A stretch of 57,870 nucleotides of DNA from Candidatus Margulisiibacteriota bacterium (GCA_041658645.1 JBAZZV010000010.1:1-57870), one strand, 5' to 3'. Shown: positions 28,199-38,220, counted from the stretch's first letter. Numbers and translations are program-made. Notes: a model not told the origin generated them from the sequence alone.

Positions 28199-30387
28199 GC
28201 CGGCTCCGGCGGTTTCACGGCCGGCGTTTCCCCGGGTTGCGGCCGCTGCCAGGTGGCGAAATCGCATTTGGGATAATTGCTGCAACTGTAGAAGAGCTTT
28301 CCCCGCTTGGTCCGTTTCTCGACCAGCTCGCCGCCGCATTTTTGGCACTTGACGCCGATCTTCTTGAGGAGCGGCTTGATGCTCTTACATTCGGGATAAC
28401 CGGTACAGGCGAGGAACTCGCCGAAACGGCCGCGCTTGATCGTCATCGGCTTGCCGCACTTAGCGCAAACTTCCTTGAGGGCCGCCGCCTTGGCTTCTTC
28501 TTCCGGCAGGTTCTTGGTAAATTTGCATTTGGGATAGGTCGAGCAGGCAATGAACTTGCCGTAGCGCCCTTCGCGGATGACCAGCTTGTTGCCGCAATCC
28601 GGGCAGAGCTCATCGGTCATGATCTCCGTCTTGACCTTCTCCATTTTCACTTCGGCCTCGGCCAGCGCCGCGGAGAACGGCTTATAAAACTCATGGAGGG
28701 CGCCGACCCACTGGACTTTACCTTCGGCGACCGCGTCGAGCTGGTCTTCCATCTGGGCGGTGAACTTGATGTCAAGGATCTGGGGAAAATGCTTGACCAG
28801 CAAACCATTGGTCGTGATGCCGATCTCGGTCGGCTTGAGCGCCTTCCCTTCCTTGATGACGTAGCCCCGGTCCTGGATCGTGGAGATGATCGGGGCATAG
28901 GTCGACGGGCGGCCGATGCCGCGCAGTTCCAGCTCTTTGACCAGCGAAGCTTCAGTGTAGCGCGGCGGCGGCTCGGTAAAATGCTGCAGCGGGAGGAGTT
29001 CTTGCAGTTGCAGGGCCGCGCCGGCGGCCAGGTCGGGCAGACTGGCGCTCTGCTCGTCTTCCGGAGAAGCCTCATCCCGGCTCTCTTCGTACAATTTAAG
29101 GAAACCTTCAAACCGGATGACCGAACCAGTCGCCCGGAGGAGGTATTCGCCCGCCGCGGCGGGCAGGCCGGCGGAGATGTCGACCGAGGTCTGGTCAAAA
29201 ACGGCCGCTTCCATCTGGCAGGCGACAAAGCGCTTCCAGATCAGCTCGTAGAGCTTGAGTTCATCGGGGTCCAGGCTCTCCTTCAACTTTTCCGGGGTCC
29301 GGGCGATTGCGGTCGGACGGATCGCTTCATGGGCGTCCTGGGCCTGTTTCTTTTTTTTGTACCTGATCGGCGCCGCCGGAAGGAACTTCTTGCCAAAAGC
29401 CTCCCCGATGTAGCGCCGGACCTCGGTCTCGGCTTCCGCCGCAATGCGGACCGAGTCAGTGCGCATATAGGAGATCAAACCGACCCGGTCCTCGCCTTTA
29501 ACTTCTTTGCCTTCATAGAGTTTCTGGGCCAGGACCATCGTCTTTTTAGCCGAGAAGCCGAGCTTGCGGGCGGCGTCTTGCTGCAGCGTGCTGGTAATGA
29601 ACGGCGGCGAGGGGTTCCGCTTATGTTCTTTTTTCCTGACCTCTTTGACCGCGTAGTCGGCCTTCCCCAGTTCGGCGACGATCGCCTTGGCCTCCGCCTC
29701 GCCGGGAATGATCTTCCCTTTGTCTTTAGGGCTGACCCCCAGTGCTTTCTCCCCCTTAGCGATCAGCTTGGCGGAAAATTCCAGTTTCTTATCATCGGCC
29801 AGGCGGGCGGTAATGTCCCAGTATTCCTGGGCTTTGAACTTGCCGACCTCGGCTTCCCGTTCGCAGATCAGGCGGACGGCGACCGATTGGACCCGGCCGG
29901 CCGACAGCCCTTTACGGACTTTCTTCCAGAGGAGGGGACTTAATTTATAACCGACCAGGCGGTCGAGGATCCGCCGCGCCTGCTGGGCGTTGACCCGATC
30001 GAGGTCGATCTCGCGGGGATGCTTGACGGCCGAGGTAACGGCTTCTTTGGTGATCTCGTTAAACTCGATCCGCTTGATCTTTTTGTCCATATCAAGCAGG
30101 ACCTGCAAATGCCAGGCGATCGCTTCCCCTTCACGGTCAGGATCGGGGGCGAGGAAAACCATTTTAGCTTTGGCCGCGGCCGCCTTGAGATCTTTTACGA
30201 TCTTCTCTTTACCTTTGATGATCTGGTAATTCGGCTCAAAATCCTTGTCGACCTTGACGCCGAGCGATTTGGCCGGCAGGTCGCGGACATGCCCCCCCGA
30301 AGCGACCACGGAGAAATCCTTACCGAGGAACTTCTCCAGGGTACGCCCCTTAGCGGGTGACTCAACAATAACTAAATTCTTAGCCAA
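28189..30387 (-). CDS. topA: DNA topoisomerase I with C-terminal zinc ribbons. Likely TTG start (MAKNLVIVESPAK)
   Basis: IVESPAKGRTLEKFLG..., Toprim and topoisomerase IA domains, and multiple C-terminal CxxC motifs. A GGAGG sits 9 nt upstream of TTG 30387. The track ATG at 30411 lacks an RBS. Confidence 0.9.
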   Translation of the reverse strand: MAKNLVIVESPAKGRTLEKFLGKDFSVVASGGHVRDLPAKSLGVKVDKDFEPNYQIIKGKEKIVKDLKAAAAKAKMVFLAPDPDREGEAIAWHLQVLLDMDKKIKRIEFNEITKEAVTSAVKHPREIDLDRVNAQQARRILDRLVGYKLSPLLWKKVRKGLSAGRVQSVAVRLICEREAEVGKFKAQEYWDITARLADDKKLEFSAKLIAKGEKALGVSPKDKGKIIPGEAEAKAIVAELGKADYAVKEVRKKEHKRNPSPPFITSTLQQDAARKLGFSAKKTMVLAQKLYEGKEVKGEDRVGLISYMRTDSVRIAAEAETEVRRYIGEAFGKKFLPAAPIRYKKKKQAQDAHEAIRPTAIARTPEKLKESLDPDELKLYELIWKRFVACQMEAAVFDQTSVDISAGLPAAAGEYLLRATGSVIRFEGFLKLYEESRDEASPEDEQSASLPDLAAGAALQLQELLPLQHFTEPPPRYTEASLVKELELRGIGRPSTYAPIISTIQDRGYVIKEGKALKPTEIGITTNGLLVKHFPQILDIKFTAQMEDQLDAVAEGKVQWVGALHEFYKPFSAALAEAEVKMEKVKTEIMTDELCPDCGNKLVIREGRYGKFIACSTYPKCKFTKNLPEEEAKAAALKEVCAKCGKPMTIKRGRFGEFLACTGYPECKSIKPLLKKIGVKCQKCGGELVEKRTKRGKLFYSCSNYPKCDFATWQRPQPGETPAVKPPEPADA

Positions 30388-30507
30388 ATTACAAGACCTC
30401 CGAAAAGCCATATTAACAGAGGGAGGCAGACTATGTCAAATAATAAGCAATTTTATTGCCAGGTTTAGCCAAGTACAAATAGAGGTAAAAACGGCGAAAA
30501 TTCGCCG

Positions 30508-32133
30508 TCAGCGCCCAAAGCGCTTCGCCAGCTCTTCGGACGAGATCCGGACCATGGTCGGCCGGCCATGAGGACAGGTCAGCGGATTGGCTGTAGCCAG
30601 CAGATCTCGGATCAATTGGACCATTTCCTGGGGAGTTAACTTATCCCCGGCTTTGATCGCGCTATGACAGGCGACCAACTTGCGGACGGTCTCTTGCCGG
30701 ACCTCGATCTGGGGGCTTTTCCCGGCCACGGCCAGATCGGCAACTATATCCTGTAACAACAGTTGCGGAGCGGCTTGACCGGAGAGGGCCGGCACGCTCC
30801 GGAGGAGAAAACTGTTCCCCCCGAACTCCTCGATCTCAAAACCGAGAGTATTTAAGTAGGCCAAGTTCTCTTTCAGAACGACAGCCTCCGGCGCAGGGAA
30901 CTCCACCGTCTCCGGCATCAACAACGACTGACGACTAACCGCTAACGATTGAAGGCTAAGCCGGTCGTAGAGTATCCTCTCGTGCGCGGCATGCTGGTCG
31001 ATCAGGGTCAATTCGCCCTCGCCGGTCGCTACTATGTACATATTGTTGATCTGACCAAGCGGGAAGAGCGGCAGGTCGTGACTGGGTATGGCCGCAGTGC
31101 TGGGAAACGAACTATTGTCCATCGGAAAAAGAACGTCGGCCATCGCCGGCTGCCAAGCACTATCTGATCTGCCGGTCTCGTAATACCCCCCAGCTGGTTG
31201 GCTGATAGCCTGGTCCCCCAGGGCTTTTTTAACCGCCTCCCTTACCCCATCCATCACCAACTGATTGCGGACGAACTTCACTTCCCGTTTAGCCGGGTGG
31301 ATATTGACATCGACCTGCTGCGGGTCGATCGCGAGGAAAATGACCGCTACCGGATAACGGCCGTGCGGGATCAGGGTCCGGTAAGCCTCTTCCAGCGCTC
31401 GGTTGAGGAGGAAATTCTTGATGAACCGCCCGTTGACGAAAAAGTCTTCATAATTCTTGTCGATCCGGGTCAGCGTCGGCCGGCTGACGAAACCGGTGAC
31501 CTGGCCGCCCTTGAATTCGCCGCTGACCTCAACCAATCCTTTCAGGATCTCTGGGCCGTAGACCGAGAGGATCGCGTCGGCTAACTGGCCGGTCCCGCCG
31601 GTAGTGAGGAGCGGCTTGCCGTCGGAGCTGAAGCGGAAGGCGATCCCGGGATAAGCCAGGGCGTATTTGGCGGCGACCTGGCCGCAATGGCCGAGCTCGG
31701 TCGAGTTGGCTTTCAGGAATTTCCTCCGGGCCGGAGTGTTGTGGAAGAGGTCCTTGACCGTGACCGTCAACCCGCGGCCGGCCGGGTTCCGCTCAATCTT
31801 CGTTTTCGACACCGCCGCGATCGAAGGGAGCGCTTCTCCCCGGAAACCGAGAGTGTGGAGATTGAAAAGATCGTCGTACTCGGCCAGTTTGGAGGTCGCG
31901 TGGCGCTGCAGGGCTAGCTTGATCTCGGCTTCGGTCAAACCGCGGCCGTTATCGGCCACCCGGATCAATTTCTTCCCCGCTTCATCGACTTCGATAATGA
32001 TCTGGCTCGCACCAGCATCGATCGCGTTCTCGACCAGCTCTTTAACGACCGAGGCGGGACGCTCGACCACTTCCCCCGCGGCGATCTTATTGATCAGGTC
32101 TTCCGGCAGGATCTTAATACTTTGATTCGCCAT
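30508..32133 (-). CDS. mutL: DNA mismatch repair protein MutL
   Basis: IKILPEDLINKIAAGEVVERPASVVKELVENAIDAGAS... Confidence 0.9.
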   Translation of the reverse strand: MANQSIKILPEDLINKIAAGEVVERPASVVKELVENAIDAGASQIIIEVDEAGKKLIRVADNGRGLTEAEIKLALQRHATSKLAEYDDLFNLHTLGFRGEALPSIAAVSKTKIERNPAGRGLTVTVKDLFHNTPARRKFLKANSTELGHCGQVAAKYALAYPGIAFRFSSDGKPLLTTGGTGQLADAILSVYGPEILKGLVEVSGEFKGGQVTGFVSRPTLTRIDKNYEDFFVNGRFIKNFLLNRALEEAYRTLIPHGRYPVAVIFLAIDPQQVDVNIHPAKREVKFVRNQLVMDGVREAVKKALGDQAISQPAGGYYETGRSDSAWQPAMADVLFPMDNSSFPSTAAIPSHDLPLFPLGQINNMYIVATGEGELTLIDQHAAHERILYDRLSLQSLAVSRQSLLMPETVEFPAPEAVVLKENLAYLNTLGFEIEEFGGNSFLLRSVPALSGQAAPQLLLQDIVADLAVAGKSPQIEVRQETVRKLVACHSAIKAGDKLTPQEMVQLIRDLLATANPLTCPHGRPTMVRISSEELAKRFGR

Positions 32134-32214
32134 GTTTTAATTGTACCGCAGTTGAAAATGATGGTAAAGGGTTAGGCTGGTAGCCGCTGGCAGCCGGCGG
32201 ACGGCGCCGTCTTT

Positions 32215-32967
32215 CTATTTATTACATATTTCATCTACACGTTTAGTAAACCCAAGGTAAGCAATCCTTGTCTTTCGACCTAGCTCAATAATTTCACCAG
32301 ACAACTTTCCTGATTTCGCATCATATTCAGAAATAGCGACTACATCTAGGTAATTTACAAGCTTGGCAATAAAAGAGTTGAAAAGAGGAAGAGGATTAAC
32401 CTCCTTAGTTTCCTCGAGTGGTATTTTATTCTGTCCAAGTTGCTGCCTGGCCCGGAATAAATTGTTACGAGCCTTGATAAAATAAATAAGCGCGGAAGCA
32501 GTCTCACTATCATCCAATAGCCTTGTCGCGCTCTCTATGTTTTTTGCGCTTTCAAGAAAAAGCGAATAGCTGCCTTCCAGCTCAACTTTGGCTTCTATCA
32601 ATAATTTTTTCCTGTTCCCGACAAGCCTTCCTAAGTGTTTGGCCCTGCCATTCAATTGGTTGTATTTTAAGGCTAAAGCAACGTTATCCAGGGAAGACTT
32701 GTATTGGCTATTATTATAAGCAGTTACGGCGTAATGATAATAAATTCTACTTAATTTTAAGTTCGCGTTTTTAAGATATTTGGTTTCTTTTGTTTGCCGC
32801 AGAATAAATTGATATTTGTTTTTGGCCTCCTCATATTTTTGTTTTTCTAATAAACTATCGGCTTCCTTGCTGATTAAGGCCTGATCGCCACGGAAAGCCA
32901 AGAGAACAAACAAAACACTCAGCATAAAAAGCAAGATGCTTACTGGGCTTAATAATCCTCTGCCCAT
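32215..32967 (-). CDS. hypothetical membrane-anchored protein (low-GC island begins here)
   Basis: N-terminal TM helix followed by a K/E/N-rich domain. An AGGAAAGG RBS precedes the Met at 32967. Confidence 0.4.
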   Translation of the reverse strand: MGRGLLSPVSILLFMLSVLFVLLAFRGDQALISKEADSLLEKQKYEEAKNKYQFILRQTKETKYLKNANLKLSRIYYHYAVTAYNNSQYKSSLDNVALALKYNQLNGRAKHLGRLVGNRKKLLIEAKVELEGSYSLFLESAKNIESATRLLDDSETASALIYFIKARNNLFRARQQLGQNKIPLEETKEVNPLPLFNSFIAKLVNYLDVVAISEYDAKSGKLSGEIIELGRKTRIAYLGFTKRVDEICNK

Positions 32968-32991
32968 TTGTCCGCCTTTCCTTTTCATCTT

Positions 32992-33477
32992 TTATTGAGA
33001 ATATTTTCCCAGGGCGACGCTTGAATCAATTAACTTTCTAGCCTGTTTTGACGAGAAGCAAACGGATCCCTTTCCGTTTTTACGGGTTTTCTTTCTCGGC
33101 TTCCCTTTTATAATTTTAGGAGGGTCGCTTTTTATTTTAAGAGAGGACATGGTGTTTAGGGCCCCTTTATATTTTTTTACATCCAGGGAATGATTTTTAG
33201 AATTTTCGCTGGTCAGAAACGAACAATGAGGATTCATGGTTGGCCAGTATCTATACCCTTTTACGGCAACAAATGCCGCAAGAAGAGCCAAAAGCCATCT
33301 CACGAGCATAAAATCAACTGTATCTTTGTTCATAGCAGGTCCCCTAGCTAAGATATTGGATAGGTCCGGTTTGGCCTGAAACCTGGGAGGCAAAACAAAA
33401 GGAGATAAAAGACAAACCACTGTAATTGCCAGAAAGAGCAGGGTTAAACTCTGGTATAATTTATCCGGTAATTTCAT
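32992..33477 (-). CDS. hypothetical membrane protein
   Basis: Two predicted TM segments and a basic C-terminus. Confidence 0.35.
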   Translation of the reverse strand: MKLPDKLYQSLTLLFLAITVVCLLSPFVLPPRFQAKPDLSNILARGPAMNKDTVDFMLVRWLLALLAAFVAVKGYRYWPTMNPHCSFLTSENSKNHSLDVKKYKGALNTMSSLKIKSDPPKIIKGKPRKKTRKNGKGSVCFSSKQARKLIDSSVALGKYSQ

Positions 33478-33563
33478 TATTATCTTGCCCGGGCCGTCCC
33501 GACGTTACGCCTGCCTGTCGGCAGACAGGTCGGGACAACCCAAGCCGAAAAAGCAACGAGGCT

Positions 33564-34229
33564 TTATTCCTCACCAAAAAACTTATCCAGAAAATTAGCC
33601 GCCCTGTCTTTTGCCCCAAGGCCAAAAGCAATGGCAAAGGCCAATCCCACGGCGCCAACTATTATGTTAACTGAAGTTGTAAGCCACTCCAGGGGAACCC
33701 CAAGTTGCCCCAAAGCCGCTAGGGCCGCAAAGATAATAATGGCAGACTGTACGACATTCGCTAAAACATTGGCGTTGGTAAGACCAATATTATTGGCAAT
33801 AACCAGCATTACCGCAGAAAGTAAAAGCGCGACAAAGATGCCTACGCCTAAAACATAGGCGGCTGACAAAGCCGCCGGCAGATAGGCCAGGAGTCCTCCC
33901 AGCAAAGCTTTCGCCGAAGCTAATCCTAAGATACTGGCGACTGCGGTTACTGTCACGAAAATAGTTAGCCAATAAACTAACTCTCCCAAAAGTTCCGTTG
34001 GTCCCTTTTTAAGGCCGCCTTTGGTTAAGAACTCCGTAAAACCAATTTGTTTGCTTCCTTTGTTAAGTCGCAGGACTCCCAGGGCGGTGATTACCAACCA
34101 CTGCGAACCTTTAGCGATCAGAAGACCGATAAGCAACAAGATCAACGCATATAACAAACTTAAAAGCAGCGGCCCTACAGTCAACAAGGTATCCCTAATT
34201 GGTCTTAAAAAAATTAATAATAAATCCAT
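33564..34229 (-). CDS. multi-pass membrane protein with repeated conserved-TM-helix segments (MscS-N-terminal-like)
   Basis: Repeated hydrophobic helices (ILGLASAKALLGGLLAYLPAALSAAYVLGVGIFVALLL...). Confidence 0.45.
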   Translation of the reverse strand: MDLLLIFLRPIRDTLLTVGPLLLSLLYALILLLIGLLIAKGSQWLVITALGVLRLNKGSKQIGFTEFLTKGGLKKGPTELLGELVYWLTIFVTVTAVASILGLASAKALLGGLLAYLPAALSAAYVLGVGIFVALLLSAVMLVIANNIGLTNANVLANVVQSAIIIFAALAALGQLGVPLEWLTTSVNIIVGAVGLAFAIAFGLGAKDRAANFLDKFFGEE

Positions 34230-34274
34230 AGTTTCCCCCCATTTTTACGTCATTCGCCCCTCGTTTCCCAGGCC

Positions 34275-34454
34275 TCACCTCCTGTTCCTTGATTTCCATT
34301 GCCATAAAGCGGTTAAAACAGCCCATCCAAATTTAAATGGCCCAAAAAGATATACTCCCCGATCTTTTTCAAGCACTTCGTGCCTTCCCCCCTGAAACCG
34401 GGAAAAATATAACTCAAGATACTTTCCAAACCTTGATTCTTCTTTTTCCGCCAT
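34275..34454 (-). CDS. possible small ORF (MAEKEESRFGKYLELYFSRFQGGRHEVLEKDRGVYLFGPFKFGWAVLTALWQWKSRNRR)
   Basis: Hand-translated ~59-aa ORF with an AGGAGG RBS. Not in the ORF track. Confidence 0.25.
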   Translation of the reverse strand: MAEKEESRFGKYLELYFSRFQGGRHEVLEKDRGVYLFGPFKFGWAVLTALWQWKSRNRR

Positions 34455-34468
34455 AATAAGCCTCCTAA

Positions 34469-35161
34469 TTATCGCTCGATATTAGCACCGACATCTTCCA
34501 TAATATAGTCGGCTAGTTTATCCCTCTCGGCCCTTTTGCTTCTAAAATAATATCCTTTCATATATTTCAGGACCCTAACTCGCTCCTTAAGTGCTATCAC
34601 CTCAATATCGCCAGGCAACTTATCAACAACATTATGATGCGCTCCGATAAAGAGAATTCCGGTTTCATTCTCTTTTAGCGTTTCGCCTATTCTTTTAGCA
34701 ACGTAATTATCTCTCTCTTCTAATGTTTTATTTTTACGGCAGACATATTTAAGATAAGCAATGGTTTTCCCGATAAAAGTCCTGGCTTTCGCCAATTCCT
34801 TAACCGATTTATATTCTTTCATTACGATACCTATATCTTCGGTCTTTACCAAAATTGCCCCTCCCTCAATCAGGTGATCAATAATTTCATAATTCTTACT
34901 GCCACGTTTGACCCCATCCGCTACAATCTTCATCCCCATCTCCCCGTCCGCCACCAACCCATCCTGATAAACCTTATAGCCCTTAGGCTGCAAATTCTCA
35001 AAGAACTTAAAAAGCGCCCCCCAAAATGAGGCGATAGTCTGTTGATGCGCCGCCCACCGCTCTCGGCCGCAGATCGCTATTCCTTTTTTCTCTGTCTCGG
35101 CGGCAATCGTTCCCAGATCTGCGCTACTGTGAATTATGGGAACATACAGGAGTTTTCTCAT
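34469..35161 (-). CDS. hypothetical protein (gvp-island associated)
   Basis: 230-aa ORF. No family recognised. Confidence 0.4.
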   Translation of the reverse strand: MRKLLYVPIIHSSADLGTIAAETEKKGIAICGRERWAAHQQTIASFWGALFKFFENLQPKGYKVYQDGLVADGEMGMKIVADGVKRGSKNYEIIDHLIEGGAILVKTEDIGIVMKEYKSVKELAKARTFIGKTIAYLKYVCRKNKTLEERDNYVAKRIGETLKENETGILFIGAHHNVVDKLPGDIEVIALKERVRVLKYMKGYYFRSKRAERDKLADYIMEDVGANIER

Positions 35162-35297
35162 CTGCCTCGCTTTTTAGGGAAGTGCTGCCGCCTTCCTCTA
35201 CTATCTTCCCTACCACATTAATAATGTTCCCGATCCCCTCAAAGACCTGATTTATTCCAAGACTGGAAATAAGGGTTTTTTCGTCTTCGGCCGTCAT
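35123..35297 (-). CDS. possible small protein sharing the FEG.G...VVGK motif with the Hsp20/GvpH-like N-terminus
   Basis: Hand-translated MTAEDEKTLISSLGINQVFEGIGNIINVVGKIVEEGGSTSLKSE.... Its ATG overlaps the upstream stop (ATGA). Confidence 0.3.
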
Positions 35298-35617
35298 AAT
35301 CTCACCTCGGGCATCAGCTTCTTTTTCTGCAATACTTGCTGACGAAGATCCAGCATGTATTTTTGCCTGGCTTCCCTTCTTCTGATTCTCTGCATCCTTA
35401 GATCATTCATAAGTCTTTTAAGCTCTGCTCGCCTTTTTTCTCGATCTTCGCGAAAACCTTCGAAGATTTCAGTAACTTTTGCCTGGCGCAGATCTCGATC
35501 TTCTTCCGCGATCTCTCTTGCCAAAACTGCCTCAGGCTCAATTAGTTTTATGCCCTGCCTCACCGGCACGCGGGCGGCAGGCCTGGTTTTTGTCTGTCTT
35601 TTTTTCTTCCTAGGCAT
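35294..35617 (-). CDS. highly charged (R/K/E-rich) hypothetical protein
   Basis: 107 aa, predicted coiled-coil, within the gvp cluster. Confidence 0.4.
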   Translation of the reverse strand: MPRKKKRQTKTRPAARVPVRQGIKLIEPEAVLAREIAEEDRDLRQAKVTEIFEGFREDREKRRAELKRLMNDLRMQRIRRREARQKYMLDLRQQVLQKKKLMPEVRL

Positions 35618-35634
35618 TTTAAGATACCTCCTTT

Positions 35635-35931
35635 CTAGCCCATTACCTTGGCTTCCAATTTTTCTAACCGTTTTTGAAGCGTTTTATTTTCTTCTTCCAG
35701 CTTTTTAGCCTGCGAAGAAATAAAAGAATCCTGCTGCCACCAGTCAATCCCAATCTCCATCGCCTTTTCCACCGAACACACCAGAAGTCTAATCTTAATA
35801 TTTAACAGGTCTACATCCGCGAGCGAGATCTTAATATCGCCGGCAATGACAATTCCCTTGTCCAGAACCCTTTCTAAGATATCCGCTAAATTCGTAGCAT
35901 TGGTCGCGTGGGCCATTCCTTGCATAACCAT
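35635..35931 (-). CDS. gvpJ: GvpA-family gas vesicle protein (GvpJ/GvpM-like)
   Basis: LADILERVLDKGIVIAGDIKISLADVDLLNIKIRLLV...GIDWW is the GvpA/J/M core. AAGGAGGG RBS. Confidence 0.8.
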   Translation of the reverse strand: MVMQGMAHATNATNLADILERVLDKGIVIAGDIKISLADVDLLNIKIRLLVCSVEKAMEIGIDWWQQDSFISSQAKKLEEENKTLQKRLEKLEAKVMG

Positions 35932-35950
35932 AATTTTCTTCCCTCCTTTT

Positions 35951-36211
35951 TTACGCTATTTTACTAGCTTTAATTACCAGTTCTGCGGTTTTCTTGCGTA
36001 AATTAATTATATTTCTACAAATCTCGCAGACTGAACTGCCTTGATCATATTCCAGGCATTTAAGCAGAGGAGTGAGTTCATTTATTAAAAGCTGGGCTCT
36101 ATTGCCTTTTACTTTAGGATCACGGGTCTCATTTAAACTCCGGGTTATTTCTCTTGTTTTGCGTTCCTTTTGTTGGAAAATTCCGCAGTTTACTTTTTCT
36201 TCTTCAGACAT
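35951..36211 (-). CDS. hypothetical protein (gvp cluster)
   Basis: 86 aa with a CxxC. Good RBS. Confidence 0.4.
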   Translation of the reverse strand: MSEEEKVNCGIFQQKERKTREITRSLNETRDPKVKGNRAQLLINELTPLLKCLEYDQGSSVCEICRNIINLRKKTAELVIKASKIA

Positions 36212-36221
36212 GTTCCCCCCT

Positions 36222-36578
36222 TCACATTAAATCTCCTAACGGCCCGAGATTCAGATTCAGCTCTTCGTCTTTTACATTAAATATTTCTTTTAACTCTGCC
36301 ATTTTCTTATCAAGCTTTATAAAAGTTTCGCCCATTTTCTCGATTTGTTCATCAGTTAAAGAGCCACTTTCAACTCTTCGCGCCGCTTGTTTTTCCATGA
36401 GTTTCCTGATTAGCTCTATCAGGGTTAAGACCAGCTTTGCCAATCCCTGTTCTACCTGTTTAGGATCAATATTAATTCTCTCCGCGGATTTAAGCTTCAC
36501 CGCGGAATCCTGCATCTCTGCCGGATCCTCCATTACTATCGTTAAAGAACTGGATCCATGCCCTGCACTATCCGGCAT
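36222..36578 (-). CDS. gvpK: gas vesicle protein GvpK
   Basis: INIDPKQVEQGLAKLVLTLIELIRKLMEKQAARRVESGSLTDEQIEKMG...LNLNLGPLGDLM matches the GvpK pattern. Confidence 0.75.
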   Translation of the reverse strand: MPDSAGHGSSSLTIVMEDPAEMQDSAVKLKSAERINIDPKQVEQGLAKLVLTLIELIRKLMEKQAARRVESGSLTDEQIEKMGETFIKLDKKMAELKEIFNVKDEELNLNLGPLGDLM

Positions 36579-36579
36579 T

Positions 36580-36783
36580 TTAAGTTGACTCCTTCATGCG
36601 CGCAACTTCGTACTTTTCCATGGTTTCAACCGAAGAGACCAGAACCCGCAAGCCGATGTAAACCAGATCAATATCGGCCACCGAAATAACAATATCTCCC
36701 GCCACAACCGCTCCTTTGTGCAAGACCCGATCCAGCGCTTCAACCAGAGTTACTTCTTTCTTCTCATAATAAGGCCCGGTCAT
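36580..36783 (-). CDS. small GvpA-family protein (GvpS/GvpM-like)
   Basis: LVEALDRVLHKGAVVAGDIVISVADIDLVYIGLRVLVSSVETMEKY. Confidence 0.75.
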   Translation of the reverse strand: MTGPYYEKKEVTLVEALDRVLHKGAVVAGDIVISVADIDLVYIGLRVLVSSVETMEKYEVARMKEST

Positions 36784-37562
36784 TTCCCCTCCAAACTAGC
36801 GAAGCTGTAAGCTGGCCATGGGCCGGATATCTCCAGTTCCAGGCCGGAAGCCGCATAGGTTTTCTGTAAATCCGACACTCTAGATTTAAACTCGGAGACT
36901 TTCTTTTTCGGAATTAAATAGGCGCCGTTTAAAATCGTCTCGGCCTCCTTTATAGTCAGCTCTTTGGGCTGTAGTTTATTCAAACAATTTTTATCCGCGA
37001 ACTTCACCAGTTCTTCGTGAATAGCGGCGGCATCTTCGTTCATCTTTTTTTCGCTCTCTTCAAAAATCAAACTGGCTCTTTTCCTTTTTAAGAAATACGC
37101 CGCGCCTTCTGATTTATCTTTTATCGCCAAATCAATATCCTTGATATGCTGATTGCTGCGCGCAAGCTCTTCTTTTAATTTATTGGCATCACAATAAACT
37201 TTTACTCCCCATTCCTCTTTTCCATCAAGATTTAAAATAATCTCCAGGAAACCCTGGTAATTTTTCTCAAGCATAGCTTCAAGCGATTTGGCGGTTTTAA
37301 AGATGGTCCCGAATTTTATGGGAACAACTGCCGTCTTTTCTGCAAGGCGAGAAATTATATTATTATGATGCATAACTTTTTCTTCCAGCCATTTAGGATC
37401 TTTCTCAACCTTAAGTTTAAATGCCTCTTCTTGAAAATCATCAATAGTTGTTTTTTCAACCACCGCCGCTATATCTTTGTAAGAGATAGTCTGACTCCCC
37501 TCTCCCGCAAAATTTGATTGCGAAGCAGCGATTAGGCAAAATAAACAAAGTCCTTGCTCCAT
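36780..37562 (-). CDS. gvpL: GvpL/GvpF family gas vesicle protein (paralog 1)
   Basis: MEQGLCLFCLIA... N-terminus and the GPWPAYSF signature. Confidence 0.8.
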   Translation of the reverse strand: MEQGLCLFCLIAASQSNFAGEGSQTISYKDIAAVVEKTTIDDFQEEAFKLKVEKDPKWLEEKVMHHNNIISRLAEKTAVVPIKFGTIFKTAKSLEAMLEKNYQGFLEIILNLDGKEEWGVKVYCDANKLKEELARSNQHIKDIDLAIKDKSEGAAYFLKRKRASLIFEESEKKMNEDAAAIHEELVKFADKNCLNKLQPKELTIKEAETILNGAYLIPKKKVSEFKSRVSDLQKTYAASGLELEISGPWPAYSFASLEGK

Positions 37563-37583
37563 ATTTTTTATTCCTTATTGGTT

Positions 37584-37838
37584 TTATTCATGCCGATCGT
37601 AAGAAGTAATAGTTAAATCTTTATCCAAAACCACATCGTATTGATGTTTTTCCATTATCTTCTTGCCGATGGCTTTCATAGATTCACTTTCTTCCACCAC
37701 CTCAACCCTGGCCTCCCAACCGGTATCCACAACAGAGGTCTTGACCACAAAGGCATTGGGTTTCTTAAGCGTCTTCTTAAAGAAATTTTCAACCGTTTCG
37801 GTCGCGGCTACAACATCACCTTTTGTTTTTTCAGCCAT
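37584..37838 (-). CDS. gvpO: probable gas vesicle protein GvpO
   Basis: VVKTSVVDTGWEARVEVVEESESM...YDVVLDKDLTITSYDRHE fits the GvpO pattern. AGGAGGG RBS before MAEKTKG. Confidence 0.55.
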   Translation of the reverse strand: MAEKTKGDVVAATETVENFFKKTLKKPNAFVVKTSVVDTGWEARVEVVEESESMKAIGKKIMEKHQYDVVLDKDLTITSYDRHE

Positions 37839-37854
37839 TTTAATTCCCTCCTTT

Positions 37855-38049
37855 TTATTTTCCGCCTTTGGCGGAAACTTTGGTTCCACATTTTGGACAA
37901 TACTTATAGTCGTAGCTAAACCTCCAGTGATGCCCGCATTCAGAGCATCTTATGGTAAGCGCCTCTCCGCAATTAGGACAATTATCATGGTCGCTATAAG
38001 TTGTGGTTTTACATTTTGGACATTTAAAGGGACCGGTTCCTTCCCCCAT
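37855..38049 (-). CDS. double zinc-ribbon protein
   Basis: CPKC...CPNC and CSEC...CPKC pairs. GGAGGAGG RBS. Confidence 0.5.
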   Translation of the reverse strand: MGEGTGPFKCPKCKTTTYSDHDNCPNCGEALTIRCSECGHHWRFSYDYKYCPKCGTKVSAKGGK

Positions 38050-38220
38050 TCTTATTCACCTCCTCCAGCACTTTCTTTCTTCCCTTCAATCTTTTCCTTT
38101 TCGGCTTCCAACTTTTCGGTTAACTTTCTAGTTTTCCCAACAAATTTCCCTACTATTTCTGCAGGCGCCAAGGAAGGCTAACAAGACAATATCATGGAGG
38201 CTCAAAGGCAAAAATGTCAT

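Noticed and set aside
28135-29943. 602-aa plus-strand ORF overlapping topA
   Set aside because: Antisense to a well-supported topoisomerase I gene, with a low-complexity R/G/L-rich translation.
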